From: Candidatus Micrarchaeia archaeon
Lineage (GTDB): Archaea; Micrarchaeota; Micrarchaeia; Norongarragalinales; UBA8480
Direction of reading: 5' to 3'
Assembly (NCBI GenBank): GCA_039794045.1
Contig: JBAMLY010000002.1
Location: 1 to 35,930 of the forward strand
DNA length: 35,930 nucleotides
Part shown: piece after piece, positions 1 through 9,772 of the stretch
Layout of the letters: each line of letters opens with the position of its first letter
Position numbering within the stretch: position 1 is the first letter of the stretch
The notes under the pieces: generated by a model
Told to the model about the DNA's origin: nothing
Databases searched by the model: none
Seen by the model: the letters and a program-made list of their open reading frames with translations, nothing else
Position numbers and translations under genes: made by a program

Positions 1-80
1 GCCCGCGACGGGGGACACCACTCGCTCAACGCTAGCCCTTCAAGACAGGGATTTTATTTGAGTTCGCTCACAATAATTTC

Positions 81-1637
81 ATGCCCTTAAGCCAGAAATT
101 CAAGTACAACGAAGCCGACGCGAAATCATTCTTTGAAGCCAACAAGAAAATTGCTTTCCACCCATTCGTTTCCAGCGACGCGCACTTCATCGTTCCCCTC
201 CGCGGTGCTTTCATTCCAGCAGCATGCCTTTACTCGCACCGAAAAGAACTCGACAGAAAACAATTCACTTTCATTCCAGCAAGCGGCTTCATAATGGACT
301 TCGGGCAAGTAGTCCGCCGGTCACTCCGCAACTACCTCCAAGAAAAACTAAAGAAAGCACGCGCTCCCCTCTCCATCGTGTTGCTCGACGAAGCCAAGAG
401 CGGGCGGGCGGCGTACACGCTCTACAAGAAGTTCAAGGAAGTCCAGGAAGACCTCGCGCGCCGCGATGCAGAAGAACAAGTCAACAAAATATTCAACGAG
501 AAAAAACTAGACGAAATAGGCGAGTTAAAGAAAAAAGCAGAGAAAAAAATTCAGTTCGAGCAAAAAGAAGAAGAAAACTCTTTAAAGCAGATTTTAAACG
601 AAGAAAACTTGAAGCTCGTAGAACAAAACGGCGACTTCACTCCAGCTGGCGCGGCATTATTTGCGGCACTAAAGAAATACGGCTTCATTGAGTACGAAGA
701 CGCTGAAAACTTGTTCAGTCACCGCCTCCTCGTAGAACAAAAACTCGCGGCAGCCTTAAACCCCCGCTTCAAGGGATCCATGACGCTCTCAGGAGAAGAA
801 GGCGCGAGAGTGCTATCCCGCACTAAAGCACGGCTAGACAAGCCCCTCCACGCGCCCCAAAACTTAAAACAAATATTTCCGTTGCTGGAACCCTATTACG
901 TAGAAAAATTCGATGACATAAAAAACAAGGAACTAGTAAACTTTCACGCGCACGTCCAGCCAAACCCTGAAACTCACCCCCGCATTACAGCCAACAAAAG
1001 CGTTTACGAAGCAGCCTTCGCCACACTCGCCAACTACCGCTTGAATGTCTTACTCGAGGCAGTGCGGAAAGCGAGCGGCCGCAGCCAATTCGGGCCACAA
1101 GTCATCGAAAGAGTGGTTAAGAGACTTATTGAAGCCTCGCGCGATAAAGCAGAAGAAGAGAAGCAGGCAATGCAGTACTACTTAGCGTTCCTTCGCAACG
1201 AGATAGCCAACCAGTTCGCGAAAAAAAAGCCGAACCAACAAGAACTCGAAAAACTCAAGCAACTAATTCGCCTCGTAGCGCACCGAAACAGCAAATATAA
1301 TTCATGCGTGCGCTTCAAACTAATAGGGTTGCACGGAATAGACAACTTCGTTACCACTCTCGGCTACGCAAAGCTGAAAGACGAAGGCGTTGCCTCGCAA
1401 GTGGACTCAAACAAAATAATCACGATGGACAACCCCACAACCCCAATAACCTACGAGAAAACCGAGAGCGGCAGGTACTCATACAAACCCATTTACAGTC
1501 CCTCCAACGAGTTCCGCGTACTGCACGCTTTCGCTTCAAAGTACGGACACACGGCGCGCTTCACCGAGTTTTTAAAGAACCTCCAACAAAGAATGGCTCG
1601 CGACGCCGCATACGCTAAGCCCTCCCAACGCAAGTAA
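81..1637 (+). CDS. Hypothetical protein with type I phosphoribosyltransferase-like motifs and a large helical insertion
   Basis: 518-aa ORF. IVPLRGAFIPA (res ~37) and IVLLDEAKSGRA (res ~99) resemble the PRTase PPi loop and PRPP-binding motif. TATA-like TTTTATTT ~21 nt upstream of the ATG suggests a leaderless transcript. Confidence 0.6.
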   Translation: MPLSQKFKYNEADAKSFFEANKKIAFHPFVSSDAHFIVPLRGAFIPAACLYSHRKELDRKQFTFIPASGFIMDFGQVVRRSLRNYLQEKLKKARAPLSIVLLDEAKSGRAAYTLYKKFKEVQEDLARRDAEEQVNKIFNEKKLDEIGELKKKAEKKIQFEQKEEENSLKQILNEENLKLVEQNGDFTPAGAALFAALKKYGFIEYEDAENLFSHRLLVEQKLAAALNPRFKGSMTLSGEEGARVLSRTKARLDKPLHAPQNLKQIFPLLEPYYVEKFDDIKNKELVNFHAHVQPNPETHPRITANKSVYEAAFATLANYRLNVLLEAVRKASGRSQFGPQVIERVVKRLIEASRDKAEEEKQAMQYYLAFLRNEIANQFAKKKPNQQELEKLKQLIRLVAHRNSKYNSCVRFKLIGLHGIDNFVTTLGYAKLKDEGVASQVDSNKIITMDNPTTPITYEKTESGRYSYKPIYSPSNEFRVLHAFASKYGHTARFTEFLKNLQQRMARDAAYAKPSQRK

Positions 1638-1709
1638 AACCCTCGAACAACGCTTGCTCACCAAAACAGTTTTTAATTATTCAAAGCACTACTTTTATTG
1701 GTGAGCCGA

Positions 1710-4700
1710 ATGAGTAGCTGTCCTGAAATCGTTAAAGCCACTGTTGCCGCCTTATTGTTTTTAATGGTTTTTTCCTCGCTCGCTAGCGCGAGAACAATTT
1801 CAGTTGCCGGCGTTGAAACCATTTCAGTGAACGGGCTCACCGCCACCGTAACGCCAGCAGTAAAAGACGACACAACAACCTACCAATTCAGCTCGCCATT
1901 ACTCGTCAAAGTCAAGGCAAACTTCGGCGGCGCCAAAGACTACGAACTCAGTTTCTACTCTTCCAAGCTAACGATCAAAAAAAAAGTGCAAGACAAGCTA
2001 ACCCCTTCAAACAACTCACTGAAAGTCGGCGCTGACACGCAATTCGAGGTAAGCGACACTACTAACACCCTCGTCAAGTCCACCCAGAAAGGCGTTTACG
2101 GCGCCTACATTCCGCTGTATGAGGACGCGTGCAAGCAAGCAAAGACTTCCCTTGAAGGAGTAAAGCTCGCCATAGACTTCGGCGACGCCCTCGTTCCAGT
2201 CACGCTCTTGAACGCCTCCTACTACGACAGTAAGCCAATCAAGACTGTTTTCGCGACAAAAATAGTGGTTTCCAACGTTTCAACCATTGATTACCCGCAG
2301 TCTTTCGAAAACCTCAAAATCAATTTCAAGGAAAAAAACAAGGCAAAATACTTGTGCGACTGGACAGACGTGTCCGGAGAGTTGGGCGAAACATACTCAA
2401 AATACGGCGGCATTAAATTCAAGTACGACCCCAAAAACCCCTCAAAGTACCCTGAAATAGAATTGAGTTACGCTACAGTAAGCGAGTCAAACACTAAGCC
2501 AACAGAAATCGCTTCAATCAAATCACTTTACTTTGACCCCCCACTCAAGAAAGAAGTAATCGGTGACTCGTTCAACGCCAACCAAGACCTGGTCTACGAG
2601 CTTTCTTCCTCGCCTGCCGCTGACACGCGCGTGGCAATCAAGCTCGAGAAAAACACTTTGCCGTCCCCAAAGATTTTTGGTTTCGTGCGCTTCCTGCAGT
2701 CAATAAACGCGTTAAGAGAAGGCGCGCCTTCTTACGCGCAGGCAGTGTCGCAGGGCTACGCCGGCTTTTCCGGCAAGCAAGTAAGCGACAACGTAGAAAA
2801 ACAAGTAAGCGATTACTACGACGAACTGCCCTCTTTTGTCTTCCACGTCCTCCAACAAGGCTCGCGGCTCCACGAAAAAGGTTCTGACGCAAGCCACGCT
2901 TTCTTGACAGGCTTTTCAGTGAAGTTGGCGACTTCAATAAACGGCGTTTACACCGTGGCTGCCCGCACTGAAAGCGTGGACGGTGAGACCACAAACAAGT
3001 TCGTTCCAGAAGACGCTTCCAAGCTCAGCTTTGCAGCAACCAACGGCAAGGGCGTCGGCCAATACGTTTTCCAACCAAACCAGAAACTCAAGTTCAAGGA
3101 CACGGAATTCACTTTCATTGCAAGCGAGAAAGGCGTCGCCTACACTACCGCCACGGAAACCACGGTAGCCAACCCCACGCCCTTCTCTTCCGAAAAAGAG
3201 TTTCACGTTAAAACAACGGCGGACGGAAAGTACGCCCTCGTCTTCTCTAAAGACAGCGCCGGACAACTCGTAGTAACGATAACAGACTTAAGCGAGAAGC
3301 CCAGCACTCCAACGCCGCAGAAGAGCGCGCCACAACCAAGCATTTCATGCTCCGTGTCAAACACCGCGCCAGCCGTCGACCCAAAGAACCCGGCAACTTA
3401 CGCGGCAAACCAGATAGCCTTCAAAGTCAAGTTCAAAAGCCCGCCCCAGGGCACGATTTACGCCACCATGGCAATAAAAGGCAGTCGCGTGAGCCCCCGC
3501 ACCAAGCAATTCGAGTTGCCTGAAGGCGTGCAGGCAGACGAAGAAGTAGAATTCAGCGAATTCAAGGGCTTTGCAGTACAGCCCTCGCTTTCCTACCAAT
3601 TCGGTTACTCTCTCTCACCGCACGCCAGCCCCCAAATGGTGCAGTGCCGCAACGAGGCAGGCGGCGGCGCAACCTATTCAAGCGAGCGCGCCCGCGACAA
3701 CAAAGAAAAAACAAGCAAGATAAAGTCGTTGCAGCCAGGCGAGTGCAAAGCAATTTACTTTGCCTGCCTTGACGGAAGCCGCTCGCTTTCACTGCGCTTG
3801 ACGCCCCCAGAAGGCAACTATGCTTCCTACAACGCCTACTTTTCTACGGCGAGCGCCCAGCAATTGAATGCCTGCCTTTCAAACCCAGCTTGCGACGTCG
3901 CCGACTTCATTCAATTGTTTCACCCCAACCTTGACGCCAAGCTCTTCGCCAACCACTTCGAGTGGAACAACTTGAACGCCTTCAAGGGCTTCAACTTCGA
4001 CTCGTACGATTCAATGGTGCTTGGCTTCACGGAAGAAAACGGGGAACAAACAGCGGTAGTCTGCCCCATAGAAAAACGCTTTTCTTCATCGGTAGAAGTA
4101 CGCGGAAGCGTTGCCTTCCAAGGACTCCTTCTCTCGGGAGACGGCTTCATTGGAAACGCGGTAGTAACGGCTGGCGCGACCGAAGTAGGAGAAGCCCGCA
4201 TAACTGCTGACGGCGCCTACGAGTTCAAGTCTGAAACGCTGTCCAAACTAATTGGCAGCACCACCAACTTCAAAGTGCGAGCGCGGTTCAAGTTGCCGGA
4301 CGGCAGAATCGTTGGCGGCGAGAAAACCATTTACGGCTACCAAGTAAGCGACGCCATTAAAACAGAGGGACTCAACCTCAGGCCAGTAATGTTCTCCGAC
4401 CAAGACGTCGTCGGCGCTCAAGCAAAACCAGTCACGATAACCTTGAAGGGTCGAGTCTACAATGGATTCGTTGCCGCCGAGAACGCAGTGCAGGGAAGCA
4501 TTGCAGTGCAAGGCGAGAGCAAGAACGCGGTAGCCTTGAAAGACGGCTTTTTCACTGGCTTGCGCCACGAAATTCAGCCAGAAGAACTCGACACCAAGCA
4601 GACGCTGAGCTTCTGCATTGGCGGAACTACTGCCGCAGGCGAAAAAGTTTCAGGATGCACTTACGCCGAACTCACGCTCTCGCAGGAAGCTGACGCTGGA

Positions 4701-6917
4701 ACAATAATAATAAACACAGTGGAAAAGCCTGCACCGCAAAAAGACGCGCTCGCAAGCGAGTACTTCAAGACGACTTTCTTTGGAGAAGCTTACTACGACA
4801 ACCCAGCCCAAAAAATAGAGAGCGGCTCATTCAAAGTGATTGCCGACAACGCTGAAGTGTGTTCAGGGCAGTTGAGCGCCGGAAGATTTCAATGCGTTGC
4901 CTGGGCTTTCAAGAATGAGGAAAGAATTCAGGCAAAGCACTTCGCACTCGAGGTAAGCGGGTGGCTCGCAGACGAGCAAACCCTAGTCCAGGGAACTACT
5001 TCTCTTGGCTTCAGAACGCCGGCAGAAGCAATGGACTTTGGTGCACTAGAATTCAATGAAGGCAACGCCCACGCCACGAAGCAGCAACGCAAGGCAGACT
5101 ACGTTGGCGTAGAGTTTTCAGGAACTGCCTACGTTTTTGAAGCGACTCCAGAAAACGCGTTTTCAAGCGGTCAAATCTGGATTGAAGGCGACGAAGACCA
5201 CAAGGCATTCATTGGAGAAAACGGTGGTTTCACCATTCAAACTTATGTAGCGAGAGAAGACTACAAGAAGTCGTTCAAGCTCACGCTCTACGTTGACGGA
5301 CGCAAAGGCGCTTACGCAGTGAAAGGCAAGGTCACGCTCTCAGAGCGCGCCATTCTAGCGTTCAACGACTTGAAGGCAGTCGTGTTCAAACCCAAGGCAA
5401 GACAAGAAGGCGCTGCCGCGCAGCCCAGCCCAGCCCAAGTATTCGTTACAGGCAGTCCCGCAGTAGACGGCAAGGAAATACTGACTGGAGACATAGCGTT
5501 TTTCGACGAAAACGGCGCTCGCCTCGGCGAGGGAAGAGTAGACAACAACTTTTTCTCTTTCAAGCTCTACGCAAGCAAGGAAGACTTAGGCAAGCAAAAG
5601 TGCTTGACGGCTAGAGTGAGAGGCGCCTTGAAAGACGGCTCATTCTTTGATGGCTCGACCAAGTCTTGCGTTGAACTAGGAGAGTTCGGCGTCAACTTCG
5701 AAACACTGGAATTCAAGTCGTCCGAGGGAGCCATGTATTCCTCGCAAGCTAAAGCACCCAAAAAAGAACCAGTGAAGCAATCAAAAAAAGAAGACACGCT
5801 CTCGTTCACTTTAAAAGGCAGGGCGTCGTGGCTCAACACTGAAACGCCGTTGCCTGGCGCAACAGTTTTACTAGCAGCCGATCCCACTGCAAGCGCTTTC
5901 GCTGGCGCAAACGCGGAATTCAGTGTTCCAGTAAGTCTAGAAAAGGAACTCGCTGGCTCTCTAGTGGAATTTGCTCTCAAAGCCAGGTTCAAGGACGCTA
6001 GCGGCAAACAACGCGAGGCAAGCGCTCTCGCATCAGCCCTGCTTCCAAAGCAAGGCGGAGAAGTTGACTTAGGCGAGGTAGTGTTCGACCCTCAACCAGA
6101 CTTGCTGCCCCTCGTGCCGTCAACTCCAGCGCCAGCAAACAAGGTCATTTACGTGGTATTCGTTCCCTTCAACAAAAACTTTGAAGTGGAAAACAAGTAC
6201 TACAAGGGCTTGAGCGAAGTTTCGTTGAATGACTTAACCGAGCAATGCGACATCGAACCCCGCGAGCACCCACGCTGCGTCGCAAAGTTCGTGGTACCCT
6301 ACAATCTTGCCTTGGCCAAACTCACAATAAAAGTGGCTGGCGAAATTTTATCCTCCACTCAAATCAAGACAGGTTATTACGATGCAGGCGTTATCGACTT
6401 AACGAAAGCAGGCGACGGCGACACCATTGATTTAGGCCAGGTGAGCGTTGTCTCTTTAGAAGTCGAGCAACAGCCTGCAAGCACTGCAGAACAACAAGCC
6501 CCCCAGCAAACCAAGCAACAAGCAAGCCAAGCCACCAAGAAAATCACGTTGCTCTTCCGCCCGCTCTTGGCAGCCAGCGCCAAACTCGCCTTCCCAGCAT
6601 CTTTTTATGCAGGAGTAGCTTCAGTTGAAGCAGGCGAGGCCTGCGACGAGAACGGTTGCGCGCGCGCGGAAATAGCTAGCGACGAGACAAGCATTCCATC
6701 TTCTGGCGCGCCACTCGCAGTAACTCTAAGCGTTCCAGCCAACGCCTTGGCTCTATCAAAAATAACTTTCAAGGCAACTGGCTGGGCTTCAGAGAAGTCG
6801 TTCCAGGCAGGCGAGAAACCAGTTGACGCCGTGCTGTATTACTCCGAGCGCGTGGCGCTAAACAAAAACAATAAAATTGACTTCGGCACGATAGTTTTGA
6901 CTGAAGTCAAGCGCTAA
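1710..6917 (+). CDS. Giant secreted/surface protein with tandem beta-sandwich repeats
   Basis: Long ORF (track start 1698; ATG 1710 preferred because GGTGA lies at 1700-1704). Signal peptide ...VAALLFLMVFSSLASA, Pro/Gln/Thr linkers, ~8 repeats of ~110-125 aa in the C-terminal half. Confidence 0.8.
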   Translation: MSSCPEIVKATVAALLFLMVFSSLASARTISVAGVETISVNGLTATVTPAVKDDTTTYQFSSPLLVKVKANFGGAKDYELSFYSSKLTIKKKVQDKLTPSNNSLKVGADTQFEVSDTTNTLVKSTQKGVYGAYIPLYEDACKQAKTSLEGVKLAIDFGDALVPVTLLNASYYDSKPIKTVFATKIVVSNVSTIDYPQSFENLKINFKEKNKAKYLCDWTDVSGELGETYSKYGGIKFKYDPKNPSKYPEIELSYATVSESNTKPTEIASIKSLYFDPPLKKEVIGDSFNANQDLVYELSSSPAADTRVAIKLEKNTLPSPKIFGFVRFLQSINALREGAPSYAQAVSQGYAGFSGKQVSDNVEKQVSDYYDELPSFVFHVLQQGSRLHEKGSDASHAFLTGFSVKLATSINGVYTVAARTESVDGETTNKFVPEDASKLSFAATNGKGVGQYVFQPNQKLKFKDTEFTFIASEKGVAYTTATETTVANPTPFSSEKEFHVKTTADGKYALVFSKDSAGQLVVTITDLSEKPSTPTPQKSAPQPSISCSVSNTAPAVDPKNPATYAANQIAFKVKFKSPPQGTIYATMAIKGSRVSPRTKQFELPEGVQADEEVEFSEFKGFAVQPSLSYQFGYSLSPHASPQMVQCRNEAGGGATYSSERARDNKEKTSKIKSLQPGECKAIYFACLDGSRSLSLRLTPPEGNYASYNAYFSTASAQQLNACLSNPACDVADFIQLFHPNLDAKLFANHFEWNNLNAFKGFNFDSYDSMVLGFTEENGEQTAVVCPIEKRFSSSVEVRGSVAFQGLLLSGDGFIGNAVVTAGATEVGEARITADGAYEFKSETLSKLIGSTTNFKVRARFKLPDGRIVGGEKTIYGYQVSDAIKTEGLNLRPVMFSDQDVVGAQAKPVTITLKGRVYNGFVAAENAVQGSIAVQGESKNAVALKDGFFTGLRHEIQPEELDTKQTLSFCIGGTTAAGEKVSGCTYAELTLSQEADAGTIIINTVEKPAPQKDALASEYFKTTFFGEAYYDNPAQKIESGSFKVIADNAEVCSGQLSAGRFQCVAWAFKNEERIQAKHFALEVSGWLADEQTLVQGTTSLGFRTPAEAMDFGALEFNEGNAHATKQQRKADYVGVEFSGTAYVFEATPENAFSSGQIWIEGDEDHKAFIGENGGFTIQTYVAREDYKKSFKLTLYVDGRKGAYAVKGKVTLSERAILAFNDLKAVVFKPKARQEGAAAQPSPAQVFVTGSPAVDGKEILTGDIAFFDENGARLGEGRVDNNFFSFKLYASKEDLGKQKCLTARVRGALKDGSFFDGSTKSCVELGEFGVNFETLEFKSSEGAMYSSQAKAPKKEPVKQSKKEDTLSFTLKGRASWLNTETPLPGATVLLAADPTASAFAGANAEFSVPVSLEKELAGSLVEFALKARFKDASGKQREASALASALLPKQGGEVDLGEVVFDPQPDLLPLVPSTPAPANKVIYVVFVPFNKNFEVENKYYKGLSEVSLNDLTEQCDIEPREHPRCVAKFVVPYNLALAKLTIKVAGEILSSTQIKTGYYDAGVIDLTKAGDGDTIDLGQVSVVSLEVEQQPASTAEQQAPQQTKQQASQATKKITLLFRPLLAASAKLAFPASFYAGVASVEAGEACDENGCARAEIASDETSIPSSGAPLAVTLSVPANALALSKITFKATGWASEKSFQAGEKPVDAVLYYSERVALNKNNKIDFGTIVLTEVKR

Positions 6918-6929
6918 TGGTGGTTTCAA

Positions 6930-7307
6930 GTGAGTAAGCAAGTGTTTTTCGCGGCAGTGGCAGTTCTTGCGTTGCTATTATTTGGCTGCATTCAACAACC
7001 AGCAGCGCCGTCGCCAACGCCTGCAGCAACAGCGTCGGTTGCAGTCCAGCAGCCGGGAGTCGCTCACGTAAGAATTGCTGGCGACGCTTTTTCTCCGCAG
7101 TACTTGACTGTCGCGAGAGGCACTACCGTGGTATGGACTAACGAGGACTCAAAGCCTCACAGCATAGTGCTTCCCCAAATCGATTCTGGTCCCATCAACC
7201 CCGGCCAATCATTCAACTACTCCTTCAACGAGGAAGGAGTTTTTGACTACGTTTGCGGCATTCACTCTTACGCCAGTGAATCCGCGCGCGTCACCGTCGT
7301 CTCCTAA
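6930..7307 (+). CDS. Cupredoxin (plastocyanin/halocyanin-like) lipoprotein
   Basis: Lipobox-like LLLFGC, Pro/Ala linker, FSPxxLTVxxGTTVVWTNxDxxPHSI and FNEEGVFDYVCGIH cupredoxin signatures. Confidence 0.9.
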   Translation: MSKQVFFAAVAVLALLLFGCIQQPAAPSPTPAATASVAVQQPGVAHVRIAGDAFSPQYLTVARGTTVVWTNEDSKPHSIVLPQIDSGPINPGQSFNYSFNEEGVFDYVCGIHSYASESARVTVVS

Positions 7308-7324
7308 CAAACCCCAACTCGCCA

Positions 7325-7355
7325 TTTTTTATTTTTCTCTCTCCTACTCTACTCT
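7325..7355 (+). terminator. Probable archaeal oligo-T/pyrimidine-rich terminator
   Basis: TTTTTTATTTTTCTCTCTCC run just after the cupredoxin stop codon. Confidence 0.4.
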
Positions 7356-7389
7356 ATGATTTGTTGGCGGTCGCCAAAGGTGTTTTCAA

Positions 7390-8859
7390 ATGACTGGAAT
7401 GATGGCTAAACGCGAGTTCGACTACGACAAGAAAAAAGACTTCAGCGCTTGGTATAACGCCATAATTTATGCAGCGGACATGGCGGACATCCGCTACAAC
7501 GTTCAAGGCTTCATAGTGCACAAGCCGTGGAGCATGACTGCAATAAAGAAAATGTATTCATTGTTCGAGGAACAACTAGAAGAACGCGGCCACCAGCCTT
7601 GCTTGTTTCCAACCGTAATCCTTGAAGACAACTTCGAGCGCGAGAAAGAACACGCTGAAGGCTTTGCCCCCGAAGTGTTCTGGATTACTCACCGTGGCGA
7701 CGAACAGCTCTCGCGGCGCCTCGCGTTGCGTCCCACCAGCGAAGCCGCAATATACCCCTTGTACGCCTTGTGGGTGAAAAGCAAGTCTGACTTGCCGCTC
7801 AAGCTCTACCAGTCTTGCAGCGTGTTCCGCAACGAAAGCGAAACCAATCCGTTCCTGCGAGGAAGAGAGTTCTTGTGGATTGAAGCGCACGACGCTTTCG
7901 CTTCGCAGCAGGAAGCCCGCGCGCAACTACGCAGCGACGTTGAAGTCGCCGTGGAAGTCATTGCGCGCCAGCTCTGCATTCCCTTAATGGTTTTCAAGCG
8001 CCCGCAGTGGGACAAGTTCGCGGGCGCAGTGGACACCTTTGCTTTCGACACGCGCATGCCGGACGGCAAGGCATTCCAAATAAGCACGACGCACGACTTG
8101 GGACAAAACTTTTCCAAGGCTTTCGGGATAACGTTCGCGGACGAGGCCGGCGAGAAGCGCGAAGCGTGGCAGACTACTTTCGGAATAGGCATTTGGCGCA
8201 TTCTCGGCGCCGTAATTGCCGTGCACGGAGACAACAAGGGCTTGTGCTGGCCTTGGCCCATCGCGCCATTGCAAGTCGTCATCATTCCAATCTTTAAAGG
8301 AGATTCAAAGGCAGTCATGGAATACGCTGAATCAATTGCGGCAGACCTCGACGAAGCCGGCGTGCGCTGCCGCGTTGACGCAGGCGACAAGACGCCGGGC
8401 TTCAAATACAATTTCTGGGAAATGAAGGGAGTGCCCCTCAGAATAGAGGTCGGCGAACGCGAGACGCGAGAGGAAACGATTACGTTGTGCCGCCGCGACA
8501 ACGGCGTGAAAACCACTGTAAAGCGCTCGGAGTTGTTGAAGGCAGTATTGGAGCTTGCTTTCCTATACCAAGAGTCTTTGAGGGAACGCGCTCAACGAGA
8601 GTTCCAGCAAGCAATTCAACAAGCTTCCTCGGTAGAGGAAACGAAGAAGGTGTTGGATGGTGGCGGTTACGCGCGCATCTTCTTTTGTTCCACGCAAATG
8701 GACGGCAAGCCCTGCGCCGACATCCTGCAAAGCGAGACGAGGGGCGGCAAAGTGCGCGGCACGCTCTTCCCGCAAGAAGAAAAAGTTCCACAGAACGCCA
8801 AGTGCCTCGTCTGCGGCAAGCACGCAGAGCACGTTGTTTATGTCGCGCGACAGTATTGA
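7390..8859 (+). CDS. proS: Proline--tRNA ligase, archaeal/eukaryotic type
   Basis: FSAWY, EKEHAEGFAPEV, LRPTSE, PFLRGREFLWIEAH, HDLGQNFSKAF, HGDNKGL, PGFKYNFWEMKGVPLRIEVG, C-terminal Cys cluster and terminal Tyr. Confidence 0.97.
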   Translation: MTGMMAKREFDYDKKKDFSAWYNAIIYAADMADIRYNVQGFIVHKPWSMTAIKKMYSLFEEQLEERGHQPCLFPTVILEDNFEREKEHAEGFAPEVFWITHRGDEQLSRRLALRPTSEAAIYPLYALWVKSKSDLPLKLYQSCSVFRNESETNPFLRGREFLWIEAHDAFASQQEARAQLRSDVEVAVEVIARQLCIPLMVFKRPQWDKFAGAVDTFAFDTRMPDGKAFQISTTHDLGQNFSKAFGITFADEAGEKREAWQTTFGIGIWRILGAVIAVHGDNKGLCWPWPIAPLQVVIIPIFKGDSKAVMEYAESIAADLDEAGVRCRVDAGDKTPGFKYNFWEMKGVPLRIEVGERETREETITLCRRDNGVKTTVKRSELLKAVLELAFLYQESLRERAQREFQQAIQQASSVEETKKVLDGGGYARIFFCSTQMDGKPCADILQSETRGGKVRGTLFPQEEKVPQNAKCLVCGKHAEHVVYVARQY

Positions 8860-8926
8860 ATGGCTTTTCCTGTAGCCCTAAAGCAATTTTAATTGTTTTT
8901 CCTTCAAAGAAATTGTTGAACGCTGA

Positions 8927-9691
8927 ATGAAGTTTGTCTCAAACTATCCTGTTGCCGTAATAAGTAAGACGTTGCTCTGCGCTGACTTGCACTTGGGCAT
9001 CGAGTTCGAGCTCGAGCGCGGCGGCGTCAACGTGGGGCTTCAGTGGCCTGCGGCGGCTAAAACACTGGAAGCGTTGCTGAAGCAGACTAAGTGCACTCAA
9101 CTCTTGATTATTGGCGATGCGAAGCACGACATTCGCGGCTTCGAGGAACGCGAGAAACGAATGATGCGCGACTTTTTCCGTCATTTGCTGGCCAACGGCG
9201 CCAAGAAAATAGTTGTTTGCAAGGGAAACCACGACGGGCAACTGCAAGAACTCGCGGGAGAGGGCTTGATTGAGTTGGTTGGCCCGCAAGGCTTTGTTCT
9301 CGAGAGCGGGAGAGCGTCTTACGGCGTTTTTCACGGGCACGCGTGGCCGGCCCGGGAGTTGATGGACTGCGATTGGCTGTTGATGGGTCACAACCACCCT
9401 TTAATAGAGTTGTCGGAGCCCATGGGCTTCAAGTGGAGCGAGCCTGCGTGGATAATTGGTTCCACTAAACCCAACAAGCCGGCCGGCTTTCCCGCACAAA
9501 AAACAGTGGTTTTTCCTGCCTTCAATGCTTTGAGTGGCGGCCTGGTGTTCAACCGCTTTTCCTGCACTCAACTCCTCGGCCCAATTTTCGAGAACGAGTT
9601 ATTTGACTTGCGCAACGCTGAAGCCAGGCTCTTGAACGGCGTTTCCCTGGGCAGGATTGCCTTGCTGCGTCGCTTTACTGAGCCGCGGTAG
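8927..9691 (+). CDS. Calcineurin-like metallophosphoesterase (MPE/MJ0037-like)
   Basis: All five metal-binding motifs: ADLHLG, GDAKH, GNHD, HGH, GHNHP; also PAFN. Confidence 0.9.
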   Translation: MKFVSNYPVAVISKTLLCADLHLGIEFELERGGVNVGLQWPAAAKTLEALLKQTKCTQLLIIGDAKHDIRGFEEREKRMMRDFFRHLLANGAKKIVVCKGNHDGQLQELAGEGLIELVGPQGFVLESGRASYGVFHGHAWPARELMDCDWLLMGHNHPLIELSEPMGFKWSEPAWIIGSTKPNKPAGFPAQKTVVFPAFNALSGGLVFNRFSCTQLLGPIFENELFDLRNAEARLLNGVSLGRIALLRRFTEPR

Positions 9692-9693
9692 GC

Positions 9694-9701
9694 TTTAAAT
9701 A
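9694..9701 (+). promoter_or_regulatory. Candidate TATA box for eS26 and tRNA-Val
   Basis: TTTAAATA upstream of the eS26 leader, which carries an AGGTGA SD motif. Confidence 0.45.
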
Positions 9702-9772
9702 CTGTTTCCGGCAAAAATACTTGGTGCGACTGCTTTTATGCAAACCGCTTATTGCGGCAGGTGATTTTTTAA

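Noticed and set aside
7806..8516. Long antisense/alternate-frame ORFs (also 10473-11348, 14274-15209, 24267-24893, 26752-27354)
   Set aside because: They are shadows of well-supported genes, with no recognisable motifs.
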